Below, one piece after another: positions 26,558 to 34,831 of a stretch of 64,000 bases of DNA (positions are counted from its first letter, which is position 1; each line of letters begins with the position of its first letter). Below the pieces are notes generated by a model. The model did not search any database, was not told where the DNA came from, and was given only the letters and a program-made list of their open reading frames with translations. The position numbers were made by a program, and so were the translations under genes. Origin of the DNA: a bacterium (GTDB taxonomy: Bacteria > Patescibacteriota > Minisyncoccia > UBA6257 > GWB1-50-10); assembly GCA_002686365.1 (NCBI GenBank), contig NZBZ01000004.1:98752-162751 (forward strand). Direction: 5' to 3'.

Positions 26558-27056
26558 GGGTGTTGCAGATGACATTTTAACAATACTTTTTAGCTATTCC
26601 GCTGGGTATAAGCGTCTGCGTCAATTGACGTATGGGGGCTCTCCTTATCAATCGTCAGATTCTCGAAGGAAGATTAGAGATGAAACTCTTCGTTCTACAC
26701 TTTCTCGAATGAGGAAGAATAAGCTTGTGTCCCGCAAGGGGGATGAATGGGTTATCACCGCGAAAGGCAAGGCTTTTTATCGTCGTCGTAGGGAAAAGCG
26801 GAAACTTGAAGAGATTTCTGATGAATTGCGAAGTAGAAAGAAGTCTGTGATTATTGCGTTTGATGTTCCAGAAGAAAGGCGTGTTATTCGCGCATGGTTG
26901 CGGAGAGAATTAGTATTTTTAGGATTTGAGCCTATTCAGAAGAGTGTTTGGTTTGGTCCGGGTCCTTTGCCCGAGATATTTATTCAAGAATTGGGTGATA
27001 GAGATCTTTTGGGCTGTTTAAAATTTTTTAGGGCGACTGAGGATGATGTTGTTTAA
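26556..27056 (+). CDS. Winged-helix + Cas2/PaaX-like domain protein (166 aa), paralog 1
   Basis: The N-terminal wHTH region is ...TLSRMRKNKLVSRKGDEWVITAKGKAF.... The C-terminus VIIAFDVPEERRVIRAWLRRELVFLGFEPIQKSVWFGP matches the Cas2 N-terminal strand pattern (hhhYDI...RR...L...G.R.Q.SVF) and the PaaX middle domain. 57% identity-level paralog at 50061-50546. Confidence 0.5.
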   Translation: MGVADDILTILFSYSAGYKRLRQLTYGGSPYQSSDSRRKIRDETLRSTLSRMRKNKLVSRKGDEWVITAKGKAFYRRRREKRKLEEISDELRSRKKSVIIAFDVPEERRVIRAWLRRELVFLGFEPIQKSVWFGPGPLPEIFIQELGDRDLLGCLKFFRATEDDVV

Positions 27057-27084
27057 ATATTGTTTAGTATTGTTTAGTGATTTT

Positions 27085-27124
27085 ACGATGCACTTTTAGC
27101 ACGACCGTGCTATAGGTGCATCGT
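27085..27124 (+). repeat. Hairpin element E, downstream copy (ACGATGCAC...ACGACCGTG...GTGCATCGT)
   Basis: A 9-bp outer stem plus a 6-bp inner stem. Direct repeat of 26518-26557. Confidence 0.4.
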
Positions 27125-27699
27125 TGGTTGGTTTTTGATTGATAGATTAATGCTTGAGGGTTTTGGGGATTTGCAGATTCGCGGATTTGCGGATTTATCT
27201 CATTGTTTGTATATTGTTTGTACGTTCTTTGACCTATGGAATGGAGAAAATGCGCTATGTCGTTAAGAAAAGGCGTCAGGCGGCAGGTTCGCAAGAGGCG
27301 CGCTTCTAAGGCGCGCAGAGAGGCTCTGGTTAATGAGCAGTTCTTAAGTCTAGTCGGTCGAATTCCAGGAGAAGGAGAATTGGATCGTCTTGCTGCTCAG
27401 ATATAATTCGGAGATGCTCAGCCCTTGTCTGAGGCATTGGGCTTTGTGGGCGCCTATGTGGTGGCAACTGATGATCGTGATGTCTGGGTAAGTGTCCGCT
27501 TTAATAGCGCCACCAGGCAGATCTTCGGTGTGTCGCGGCCGCCCTCTAATGAGCATCTTGACAGCTTGCACAATCTCAGTGCCTGTGGGGAGTCTTCTGG
27601 TTCTGATTGGGTTTCGTCGTAGACGTCCCGCATGCCTTTATGGATGCGGGACGTTGTCATGTTTAGATAATGCTTATAACTTGAGAAGTTTGGATTTTT

Positions 27700-27733
27700 C
27701 CATGTATCAGTGTACTAGTACACTGATACATGG
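27700..27733. repeat. 34-bp perfect palindrome CCATGTATCAGTGTAC-TA-GTACACTGATACATGG
   Basis: Reverse-complement identity checked base by base. Located ~110 bp upstream of tRNA-Ser, and preceded by an 11-bp-stem hairpin at 27634-27667 (ACGTCCCGCAT...ATGCGGGACGT). Confidence 0.6.
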
Positions 27734-27841
27734 AGTGGGCGGAGCGGACTGCGGAGAGGACTTGAGAAATTTGGGGGTTTGGGTATTGTAAGTGTATTGA
27801 AGGTCGTTTTTTCCGCCAATTGGCGGATTCGGCGTACCAAT

Positions 27842-27926
27842 GGAGGGATGCCGGAGTGGTCAAACGGAACGGCTTGGAAAGCCGTGGCCCTAACAGGCCC
27901 CGTGGGTTCGAATCCCACTCCCTCCG
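27842..27926 (+). tRNA. tRNA-Ser (anticodon GGA), long variable arm, no encoded CCA
   Basis: Acceptor stem GGAGGGA/TCCCTCC. Anticodon stem-loop ACGGC-TTGGAAA-GCCGT. Long variable arm. T-arm GTGGG-TTCGAAT-CCCAC. Discriminator G. Confidence 0.85.
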
Positions 27927-28014
27927 CAGAATGCTTCTCCAAGAGCCCCCATGGGGCTTATGGAGAAGCATAGTGTTGATGAAGTAGCGGGATTCGAAGG
28001 GTGTTTTTAGAAAG

Positions 28015-28046
28015 CAAACTGCTTTGCTTTCTAAAAAACCCGGGCT
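28015..28046. other. Perfect 14-bp-stem hairpin TTTTAGAAAGCAAA-CTGC-TTTGCTTTCTAAAA
   Basis: Perfect inverted repeat with a 4-nt loop, lying between the tRNA and repeat C. A/T-rich ends suggest a terminator or attachment-site-like element. Confidence 0.4.
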
Positions 28047-28077
28047 CCGAAGGAGGAGCGGAGCATGTGCCAGAGGC

Positions 28078-28200
28078 ACCGCGGAGCGACGGGTGAGGAG
28101 GAATTCCTGCCTACCGGCAGGCAGGTCACTCTTACATTCATTTAGCCATTCAACAATTCCATGGAATTGTTGAATGGGCGGGGGAGCGGGAATCCCACCT
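28078..28200 (+). repeat. Repeat family C, copy 1 (X module GAGCGACGGGTGAGGAGGAAT, 30-bp palindrome CATTCAACAATTCCATGGAATTGTTGAATG, Y module GGGCGGGGGAGCGGGAATCCCACCT)
   Basis: Near-identical copy at 31478-31565. Partial Y-X copy at 49937-49990, and a related hairpin at 33926-33948. Confidence 0.6.
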
Positions 28201-28217
28201 ATGTTAAAATAAATACA

Positions 28218-30593
28218 ATGATGGAATTAACAAAAAATTTTAGAAATTTAAATAAAGATGATGTTTTTTTAGCTGGCGGCAAAGGTGCTTCTCTTGGCGA
28301 GATGACGTATGCAGGAATTCCAGTGCCCCCTGGCTTTGTTGTGTTATCTACTACTTTTGATGAATTTATTAAAAAATCTGATTTGGCTCAAGAGATAGAT
28401 GCTATTTTAGACAAAGTTGATCACAAGGAAGTTCATTTGGTTGAAAATGCTTCAGAAAAAATTCAAGGTTTGATTAAAAATGCGGTGATGCCAGAAAATA
28501 TCGCTAAAGAAATCAAAAAAAAGTTCAAACAATTGAATACTGAGTATGTTGCTGTTCGTTCTTCTGCTACTGCAGAAGATGGTGTTGAAAATGCTTGGGC
28601 TGGACAGCTTGACTCATTTTTAAACACGAAAGACGATAATTTATTGGGAAAGATACAACATTGTTGGGCGTCTCTTTTTACTCCGAGAGCAATATTTTAT
28701 AGATTTGAGAAGGGTTTGCACTCAACCAAAATATCAGTAGCCGTAGTAGTGCAGAAAATGGTCAATTCTGAAATTTCAGGCATTGCTTTTTCTGTCCATC
28801 CAATTACAGAAGATCGAAATCAAATTATTATTGAGTCAGGGTTTGGATTAGGTGAAGCTATTGTGTCGGGACAAATTACACCAGATAGTTATGTGGTAGA
28901 AAAAGAACCGAGAAGAATTATTGATATTAATATTGCTACTCAAAGCAAGGGACTTTATCGTATTACCACTGGTGGTAATGAATGGATTGATATTCCTGAG
29001 CCAAAATCATCGTCTCAGGTTCTTTCTGAAGCTCAGATTTTAGAATTTGCTGATTTGATAATGAAAATCGAAAATCACTATGGCTTCCCCTGTGATATTG
29101 AATGGGCATATGAAGACGGGAAATTTTATATTGTTCAAAGTAGACCGATCACCACTCTCTTGAATGAGAAACATAATGATTTAAACAGGTTTACAAATAA
29201 AAATACATCACTTGAGCATGCGGACGGATTGCCTGTGTATTTTGAAATGACAATGGCAGGATTTACCGATAGATTGAGAAATAATAATTTATCATCGTAC
29301 GAAATTGGAATCAGTCACTTCATGAAAGATGAGCTTGATTACATTTCTCTTATTCAAGATCAGAATAAAATTGGTAGCGCAATTATAAAAGATTTTCTAA
29401 ATAATCCATCGAGTATATACAATCTCTATAAAGAATGGGCGATCGGGTACGAAAAAATGCTTGATCGTTTTAGTGTGGTTTTTGATTACGATTTAAAGAA
29501 ATTTAGTGATAAAAAACTTTTGTCATTATCAGATGATCTTTACTCTTTTTATCGCGAAGAGGTGTCAATGCCCGGTTTTACTGATGGCTTTATGTTCTAT
29601 GCCGAGAAGCGCTTGAACGATTTAATAATGGAATATTGCGATATTAATAAATTAAAGAATTTTACAGAAATATTCACAACGCTTACAGCTTCTACTGAAC
29701 CATCATTCTTTAACGAAAAAGAGTCTGATTTAAGTCATGTTTCGGATACAGAGTCAAAAAATAATTTATTAAAAAAATATGCGTGGTTAAATTCAAGTTA
29801 TTCAGGCTATAAACCATATTCAAAGAAAAATCTTGAGGATGACTTAAAAGATGTTAAAGACCCAGCTTTGGCGAAAAAACAATTGTCTGACAATAAATTA
29901 GCAAAGCAGGATTTAATAAAGAAGCATAAATTTAATGATGAGATATTGGCAATAGTTAAGCTAACTGATTTATTTATTAAATGGCAAGATCAAAGAAAGG
30001 TCTACACTCTTTCGTATGCAGTATTGCGAAGCAGGATATTGCATGAAATTGCTCAGCGTTTTAAGTTTGATATAAAACTTCTTGAATTTGCATTAACAGA
30101 AGAACTTCCACTAGTTTTAAATAGAAGTCTCAGTATCGATGTTTTAAAAAATCGTAGAGATAGTGGAGTGTTATTTATTCATAAAAATGGAAAATTGCAG
30201 GAAATTATAGTTGGCGAGGCGTCTGAATCTTTTGTTGCCAAATTGCAGGCTCCAGAAAATAGTGGGGCTTCTGAAATTTCAGGAACAATTGCCTCAAGAG
30301 GTAAAGTTACTGGAAAAGTTAGAATAGTTATGACTGCAAAAAATATAAACGAGGTTGAGGAAGGCGAAATTTTGGTTGCTCCAATGACTAGACCCGAACA
30401 CTTAATAGGCATGAAAAAAGCCGCGGCGATTGTTACTGATGATGGCGGAATCACATGTCATGCGGCAATTGTTTCTCGAGAGCTTGGCAAACCTTGTATT
30501 ATTGGAACAAAGAATGCCACTAAGATTTTAAAAAATGGCGATTTGGTTGAGGTTGACGCGGAAAATGGCGTAGTGAAAATTATTAAGAAGTAA
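28218..30593 (+). CDS. PEP-utilising phosphotransferase, PEP-synthase-like N-terminus and C-terminal phospho-His swivel domain but no PEP-binding TIM barrel (rifampin-phosphotransferase-like architecture)
   Basis: N-terminus: LAGGKGASLGEMTYAGIPVPPGF and VAVRSSATAEDGVENAWAGQLDSF (PPDK_N ATP-grasp). C-terminus: DDGGITCHAAIVSRELGKPCIIGT (PEP-utilisers mobile His domain). The ORF ends immediately after it. The ATG at 28218 is preferred because the track's start at 28161 lies inside repeat C. The gene is noticeably AT-rich. Confidence 0.65.
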   Translation: MMELTKNFRNLNKDDVFLAGGKGASLGEMTYAGIPVPPGFVVLSTTFDEFIKKSDLAQEIDAILDKVDHKEVHLVENASEKIQGLIKNAVMPENIAKEIKKKFKQLNTEYVAVRSSATAEDGVENAWAGQLDSFLNTKDDNLLGKIQHCWASLFTPRAIFYRFEKGLHSTKISVAVVVQKMVNSEISGIAFSVHPITEDRNQIIIESGFGLGEAIVSGQITPDSYVVEKEPRRIIDINIATQSKGLYRITTGGNEWIDIPEPKSSSQVLSEAQILEFADLIMKIENHYGFPCDIEWAYEDGKFYIVQSRPITTLLNEKHNDLNRFTNKNTSLEHADGLPVYFEMTMAGFTDRLRNNNLSSYEIGISHFMKDELDYISLIQDQNKIGSAIIKDFLNNPSSIYNLYKEWAIGYEKMLDRFSVVFDYDLKKFSDKKLLSLSDDLYSFYREEVSMPGFTDGFMFYAEKRLNDLIMEYCDINKLKNFTEIFTTLTASTEPSFFNEKESDLSHVSDTESKNNLLKKYAWLNSSYSGYKPYSKKNLEDDLKDVKDPALAKKQLSDNKLAKQDLIKKHKFNDEILAIVKLTDLFIKWQDQRKVYTLSYAVLRSRILHEIAQRFKFDIKLLEFALTEELPLVLNRSLSIDVLKNRRDSGVLFIHKNGKLQEIIVGEASESFVAKLQAPENSGASEISGTIASRGKVTGKVRIVMTAKNINEVEEGEILVAPMTRPEHLIGMKKAAAIVTDDGGITCHAAIVSRELGKPCIIGTKNATKILKNGDLVEVDAENGVVKIIKK

Positions 30594-30599
30594 TTAAAT

Positions 30600-31427
30600 A
30601 TGCGTGGAGAAGATTTTTTTACAAGACATTCAACCAAACCAAAGGATGAAGATCCAGAATCCTCGGAATTTTCCGGCATTTCTGAAAAAGGGGTTGAACT
30701 TGCAAAAGAGAGAGCAGGAGAAATTTTAGCGAATTTAGAGAAACAAGAAAATGGAACTGTGATGTTAATTAGTGGTGTTTCGGAAATGCCGAGAACAAAA
30801 TCAACGGCCATGATTTATGGTCAGGAAATTAAAAATATAATAGAACTGCAAAAAATAGATGATGTGCTTGTTTTTTTGCCAGAGGATTTAGGGAATATTG
30901 ATGGATATACAAATAAAGTTAATTTTTTGATTGAACAAATTAAAGCAAATCCAAACAAAAAAATAGTATTGGATTTCCCGTTGTTTATTAAAGAACTTTC
31001 TTTCAAAGATAGATGGGCAGATGAAGAAGGAAATTTATCAGAATATACGAAACAATTATTAGAACGAAACAGTGACGATGACGAGGAAGCGATGAAGGAT
31101 TGGTTTGATAATCAAGGCAGAATTGATGATTTAATTGGTCCAAATCCAACTGAAGTTGCGGAGCAGCAATTGGCTGGAATTGAAAGATTAAGAGAGTTTG
31201 CCAAAAAATATATTTCAGACAGGCCATTAGTCATTGGTTCGGTTGGACATAGTTGGAGTTTAGACGCAGTTGCTGTTTATCTGGCAAACAACGGAGAAAT
31301 AAACAAAGAATCGTTTGAGAAAATGAAAGCTAAAATGATTGGAGAAACAAAAATGATTAAACTATCGGAACGAGATGGAAAACAAGTTTTGGAGTATGGA
31401 GATCTTGTAATTCCTTTAGAAAAATAA
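30600..31427 (+). CDS. Hypothetical protein (275 aa), possibly a degenerate histidine-phosphatase (SixA/PGM-like) fold
   Basis: The C-terminal PLVIGSVGHSWSLDAVAVYL resembles the second His motif of the histidine-phosphatase superfamily. The N-terminal RHG motif is replaced (VMLISGVSEMPRTKS). It is 6 nt downstream of the phosphotransferase gene. Confidence 0.4.
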   Translation: MRGEDFFTRHSTKPKDEDPESSEFSGISEKGVELAKERAGEILANLEKQENGTVMLISGVSEMPRTKSTAMIYGQEIKNIIELQKIDDVLVFLPEDLGNIDGYTNKVNFLIEQIKANPNKKIVLDFPLFIKELSFKDRWADEEGNLSEYTKQLLERNSDDDEEAMKDWFDNQGRIDDLIGPNPTEVAEQQLAGIERLREFAKKYISDRPLVIGSVGHSWSLDAVAVYLANNGEINKESFEKMKAKMIGETKMIKLSERDGKQVLEYGDLVIPLEK

Positions 31428-31477
31428 GACAGCGCGTCAATGAAATTGGTACAGCTACATTATTCGTAGGAGCGACG

Positions 31478-31565
31478 GGTGAGGAGGAATCCCACTCCTA
31501 CATTCATTTAGTCATTCAACAATTCCATGGAATTGTTGAATGGGCGGGTGAGCGGGAATCCCACC
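31478..31565 (+). repeat. Repeat family C, copy 2 (same X, palindrome and Y modules)
   Basis: ...GGAGCGACGGGTGAGGAGGAATCCCACTCCTACATTCATTTAGTCATTCAACAATTCCATGGAATTGTTGAATGGGCGGGTGAGCGGGAATCCCACCT... Confidence 0.6.
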
Positions 31566-31594
31566 TCCTCTAGCTAGCCTTAGGTGGGTTTTAT

Positions 31595-31789
31595 ATGAAA
31601 ATTTTTACAAGGACAACAATTAATATTATATCGGTAATTGGTATTACTTTTGTTTCGATTCTTATACAAATGGCAGATAGTAGGTTAACGTCTCATCAAA
31701 ATGAAATTATTATCAAACAAGGTTCTATTAACCAAACGCTGATTGAGCAGGCGGAGATATCTCGCGATTTGTATGACTTGTATGAATAG
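31595..31789 (+). CDS. Small membrane-anchored hypothetical protein (64 aa)
   Basis: An N-terminal TM helix (TINIISVIGITFVSILIQ). AT-rich. Confidence 0.25.
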   Translation: MKIFTRTTINIISVIGITFVSILIQMADSRLTSHQNEIIIKQGSINQTLIEQAEISRDLYDLYE

Positions 31790-32121
31790 CATGGTGATGC
31801 CACATCTCAACCGATTAAGCTGTTTTTAGAAGGTAGAATTGGGAATCAAAGAAGAAGTTATTTTGAATTTGTCTCAAGTACTGATGAATTGATAATAGGG
31901 CGAGATGAATTGAAGGGCGAGACCCCGCATTTTCTTGGATTCAATGCCGAGACAATAAAGAGCGTCTTGTATGTTGTTCAGTTTTTTACGATTATTCTTT
32001 TAATTATTTCACAAAACTGGACTAACAAAAAAGAAGATCATGTCTAAAAAACAAGGTGTTTGAGGATTCTTGTTTTAATAAAACAAGCTTGGCACGCGGA
32101 TTATAAGAGATAAACCCTCCC

Positions 32122-32793
32122 ATGAAAAACCGTTACGAAAATAAGTTAAAAAAATATAACGCGCAAATACTTAATTTGTATCCTGCGCATTTCATTTCAA
32201 GGCTTATTCTTGCTCTTGAAATGAAAAAAATTGAGAAAGAGGGCTTAATCGTATTAGAAATAGGTTGTGGCGAGGGGGATTCGGCAATGCCGATTTTGGA
32301 AAACACTAATCTGCATTTGGATTTGTCTGATGTTTCAGAAGAAATGATTGAGGAGTGCAAATCCAAGTTGAGTTCTTACAAAGACCGTATTAATTATATC
32401 TGCGAAGATGGTTTATCGTATTTACAAAATTGTAAGCCCTACGACATTATATTTTCAGAATGGGTAATTCATAATTTTACTTGGGATGAAAAAAAAGATC
32501 TGTTTAGCGCGATTTACAACAAATTGAATCAGGGAGGATCCTTTTTTCTTATGGATAAAATTTATCCAGCTGAAGGCGCAAAAGAAATGTTTGATACGCA
32601 GATGAAGAGATTTGAATATTTAGAGACTGAAGCAAAAGAAGGAATAGTGAAATACGAAACTCAAGATTGCCTTCCTGAGTTTAAGATGGATGAAAAAAAT
32701 ACAATGGAGGGTCTGAAAGATGCAGGATTCAATGATGTTGTCATTGTTGATAGATTAGAAAGAGATGTGGTTTTAATAGCTAAGAAAGAATAA
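32122..32793 (+). CDS. Class I SAM-dependent methyltransferase
   Basis: Motif I VLEIGCGEGDSAMPILE, followed by the acidic loop and DIIFSEWVIHNF (motif IV region). Confidence 0.6.
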   Translation: MKNRYENKLKKYNAQILNLYPAHFISRLILALEMKKIEKEGLIVLEIGCGEGDSAMPILENTNLHLDLSDVSEEMIEECKSKLSSYKDRINYICEDGLSYLQNCKPYDIIFSEWVIHNFTWDEKKDLFSAIYNKLNQGGSFFLMDKIYPAEGAKEMFDTQMKRFEYLETEAKEGIVKYETQDCLPEFKMDEKNTMEGLKDAGFNDVVIVDRLERDVVLIAKKE

Positions 32794-32826
32794 GTCGTGC
32801 GAGAAAAATCTCATTAAATTTATTGT

Positions 32827-33396
32827 ATGACTAAGATTATACTTCACGGTGGGTTTACTAGTGAGGATAATGAGCTAAATAGGGGATATTATCGTGAAAT
32901 AACCAAAGACTTGAAAGATGGAGCAACTGTTCTGGCGGTTTTATTTGCCAGAGAGAAAGAGGAACATTCAAAACTATTTCAAGATGAAATACAAAAACTT
33001 ACTGCAAGCATAGATAAGCATTTGGATATAGTTCAGGCCTCAGAAGATAAATTTATCAATCAGGTTAAAGAAGCTGATGTGATAGTAATTAGGGGAGGTG
33101 ATACATCTAAGTTAATTAAGACATTTAAACAGTATCCAGACTTTATGGAATCGGCCAGAGATAAGGTGATAGGTGGTTCCTCTGCGGGAGCGTATTTGTT
33201 TTCTAAATATTATCACTCGGCTAGCAAGGGCAAGGTATTTGAGGGATTAGGGATTTTACCTATACGTATTGTTTGTCATCACAACAGCAAGGAGTTCAAG
33301 GTGAAGAAAAGCGCTGTTGAGCAACTAGAAAAATATCCTAATGATTTAGAATTAGTTATTCTCAAAGACTACGAATGGCGAGTGTTTGAGATATAA
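32827..33396 (+). CDS. Peptidase S51-like (dipeptidase E / cyanophycinase family) protein
   Basis: VIVIRGGDTSKLIKTF and VIGGSSAGAYLFS (G-x-S-A-G nucleophile elbow). Confidence 0.45.
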   Translation: MTKIILHGGFTSEDNELNRGYYREITKDLKDGATVLAVLFAREKEEHSKLFQDEIQKLTASIDKHLDIVQASEDKFINQVKEADVIVIRGGDTSKLIKTFKQYPDFMESARDKVIGGSSAGAYLFSKYYHSASKGKVFEGLGILPIRIVCHHNSKEFKVKKSAVEQLEKYPNDLELVILKDYEWRVFEI

Positions 33397-33443
33397 ATCT
33401 TTTTTATCTTGAAACGTATTTGTTACGAATATATCATGGAGAT

Positions 33444-33839
33444 ATGGCTAAATTGGTAGCAAGGAAAGGGGGCACTGTCGTATACAGAGTTGCTTTTGGT
33501 TTTGGGCTTGCAGGAGCCTTTCTCCTTTTTTGGGTAAATGGCGCTGTTGGTATTATTGGGAATGAGGCACAGCCTGCTAATTTGTTGTATGGAGCAGTAT
33601 TTGCTGTTGGGCTTGTTGGTTCTCTTATATCACGTTTTAAGCCGCGCGGAATGGCGCGTACACTCATTGCTGCAGCATTTACTCAAATGTTAGTTCCTAT
33701 AGTCGCGCTTTTTATCTGGCCTCCTCCAGCTATTTCATGGTCGCCTAGTGTATTTGGTGTGTTTGTTCTTAGCGCGTTCTTTGCTATGCTGTTTATCATA
33801 TCAGCCTTGCTTTTTCGACGCGCAAGCGCTGCGGGCTAG
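33444..33839 (+). CDS. Hypothetical membrane protein (about four TM segments)
   Basis: Hydrophobic throughout. ATG at 33444; the track's TTG start at 33420 is less likely. Confidence 0.4.
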   Translation: MAKLVARKGGTVVYRVAFGFGLAGAFLLFWVNGAVGIIGNEAQPANLLYGAVFAVGLVGSLISRFKPRGMARTLIAAAFTQMLVPIVALFIWPPPAISWSPSVFGVFVLSAFFAMLFIISALLFRRASAAG

Positions 33840-33982
33840 GGCCTATTGGTAGACAGGCCATTTATGTTTATGACCACAATCAATTACGACGAATTTGAAA
33901 AAGTAGATATTCGTTTGGAAAAATAGATTAGGGGAGTGGAATTCCCACTCCCCTCTGAGCGCTTCTCCTTTGTATTGGGTCG

Positions 33983-34765
33983 CTATGTAGCCTTTACTAC
34001 TAGGGGCTTGTGGTCTGAACCGGGCATGTCGAGCATGTAGGCTGAATCGATGCCCATGTTTTTGGTGAAGATGTAGTCTAACCGGAATCGTAACTTCACC
34101 CTCAGCACTCTGCATATTTTTGCGACGGTTTCCCACTTGTCCTGTGGAGCCGTATAGGACATGTCACAACTCCATGGAAGATCCGGCAAGACATTTCTGT
34201 ACTTTTTGCCTAATAGCACCTCTATCTGTTGTATGTGGCGCTTTTTAGAACCGGGCGGTGTGACTGTGTTGAAATCTCCGGCAAGGATGACCCCGCCGGT
34301 TTTGTGCAAATCCATCACTTCTTTGATACATCGCAATTGAGCTAATCTGTGGCGCGTGCCGCCTTCCCATGCTAAATGGGTATTCACGACGATCACAACT
34401 TTATTGCCGTATCGGAACGTTCCGAATACGGCTGCTCTCTGTATCACCGTGTTGGGAAACTTTAGGCGCTGTATTGGGCCCGGTGATGTGGTTGGAAGTA
34501 AAAGCGTCTCCGTGTTTTCCAGTCGTACTCTAGAGCTGTTCCGCACAAAGGCCAGATGAGTGCCTACTCCGTGATGGGTGGAGCTTATTTTCCAAGAGCT
34601 TAAACCGTTGGCGTCGAGATGTTTCCCAAGACTCGTCTCAAATGGACTGTCGGCCTCTTGGAGGCAGATGATATCCATTCCTTTTTGGATCAATGCGCTT
34701 ACGTTCCCTAGGATAAGGCCTTCATAATGCCCGTGAAGAATGTTATATGTAGCCAATGTGAACAT
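33983..34765 (-). CDS. Endonuclease/exonuclease/phosphatase (EEP) family protein
   Basis: MFTLATYNILHG...DIICLQEAD...GDFN...SDHKPLVVKAT (EEP catalytic motifs). Confidence 0.7.
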   Translation of the reverse strand: MFTLATYNILHGHYEGLILGNVSALIQKGMDIICLQEADSPFETSLGKHLDANGLSSWKISSTHHGVGTHLAFVRNSSRVRLENTETLLLPTTSPGPIQRLKFPNTVIQRAAVFGTFRYGNKVVIVVNTHLAWEGGTRHRLAQLRCIKEVMDLHKTGGVILAGDFNTVTPPGSKKRHIQQIEVLLGKKYRNVLPDLPWSCDMSYTAPQDKWETVAKICRVLRVKLRFRLDYIFTKNMGIDSAYMLDMPGSDHKPLVVKAT

Positions 34766-34831
34766 AGCTTTAACCCTTCTCCTACTTTGTTCTTATGTGG
34801 TGATCTATAGGTAGATTATCAACACTGTATT

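Noticed and set aside
27824-27837. The palindrome CCGCCAATTGGCGG just upstream of tRNA-Ser as a transcription terminator
   Set aside because: The T-run precedes rather than follows the hairpin on the + strand, and A's follow it on the - strand. So it does not have terminator geometry in either direction. It may instead be a protein-binding site or part of the tRNA promoter region.
28040-28110. Possible RNase P RNA: a P3-like hairpin followed by AAAAACCCGGGCUCC, which resembles the universally conserved P4 strand GGAAAGUCCGGGCUCC
   Set aside because: The adjoining sequence is part of repeat C, which recurs at 31478. Only ~200 nt are available before the next gene starts at 28218, and no CR-II to CR-V motifs (for example AGGGUGAAANGGUGCGGUAAGAGCGCACC) are present.
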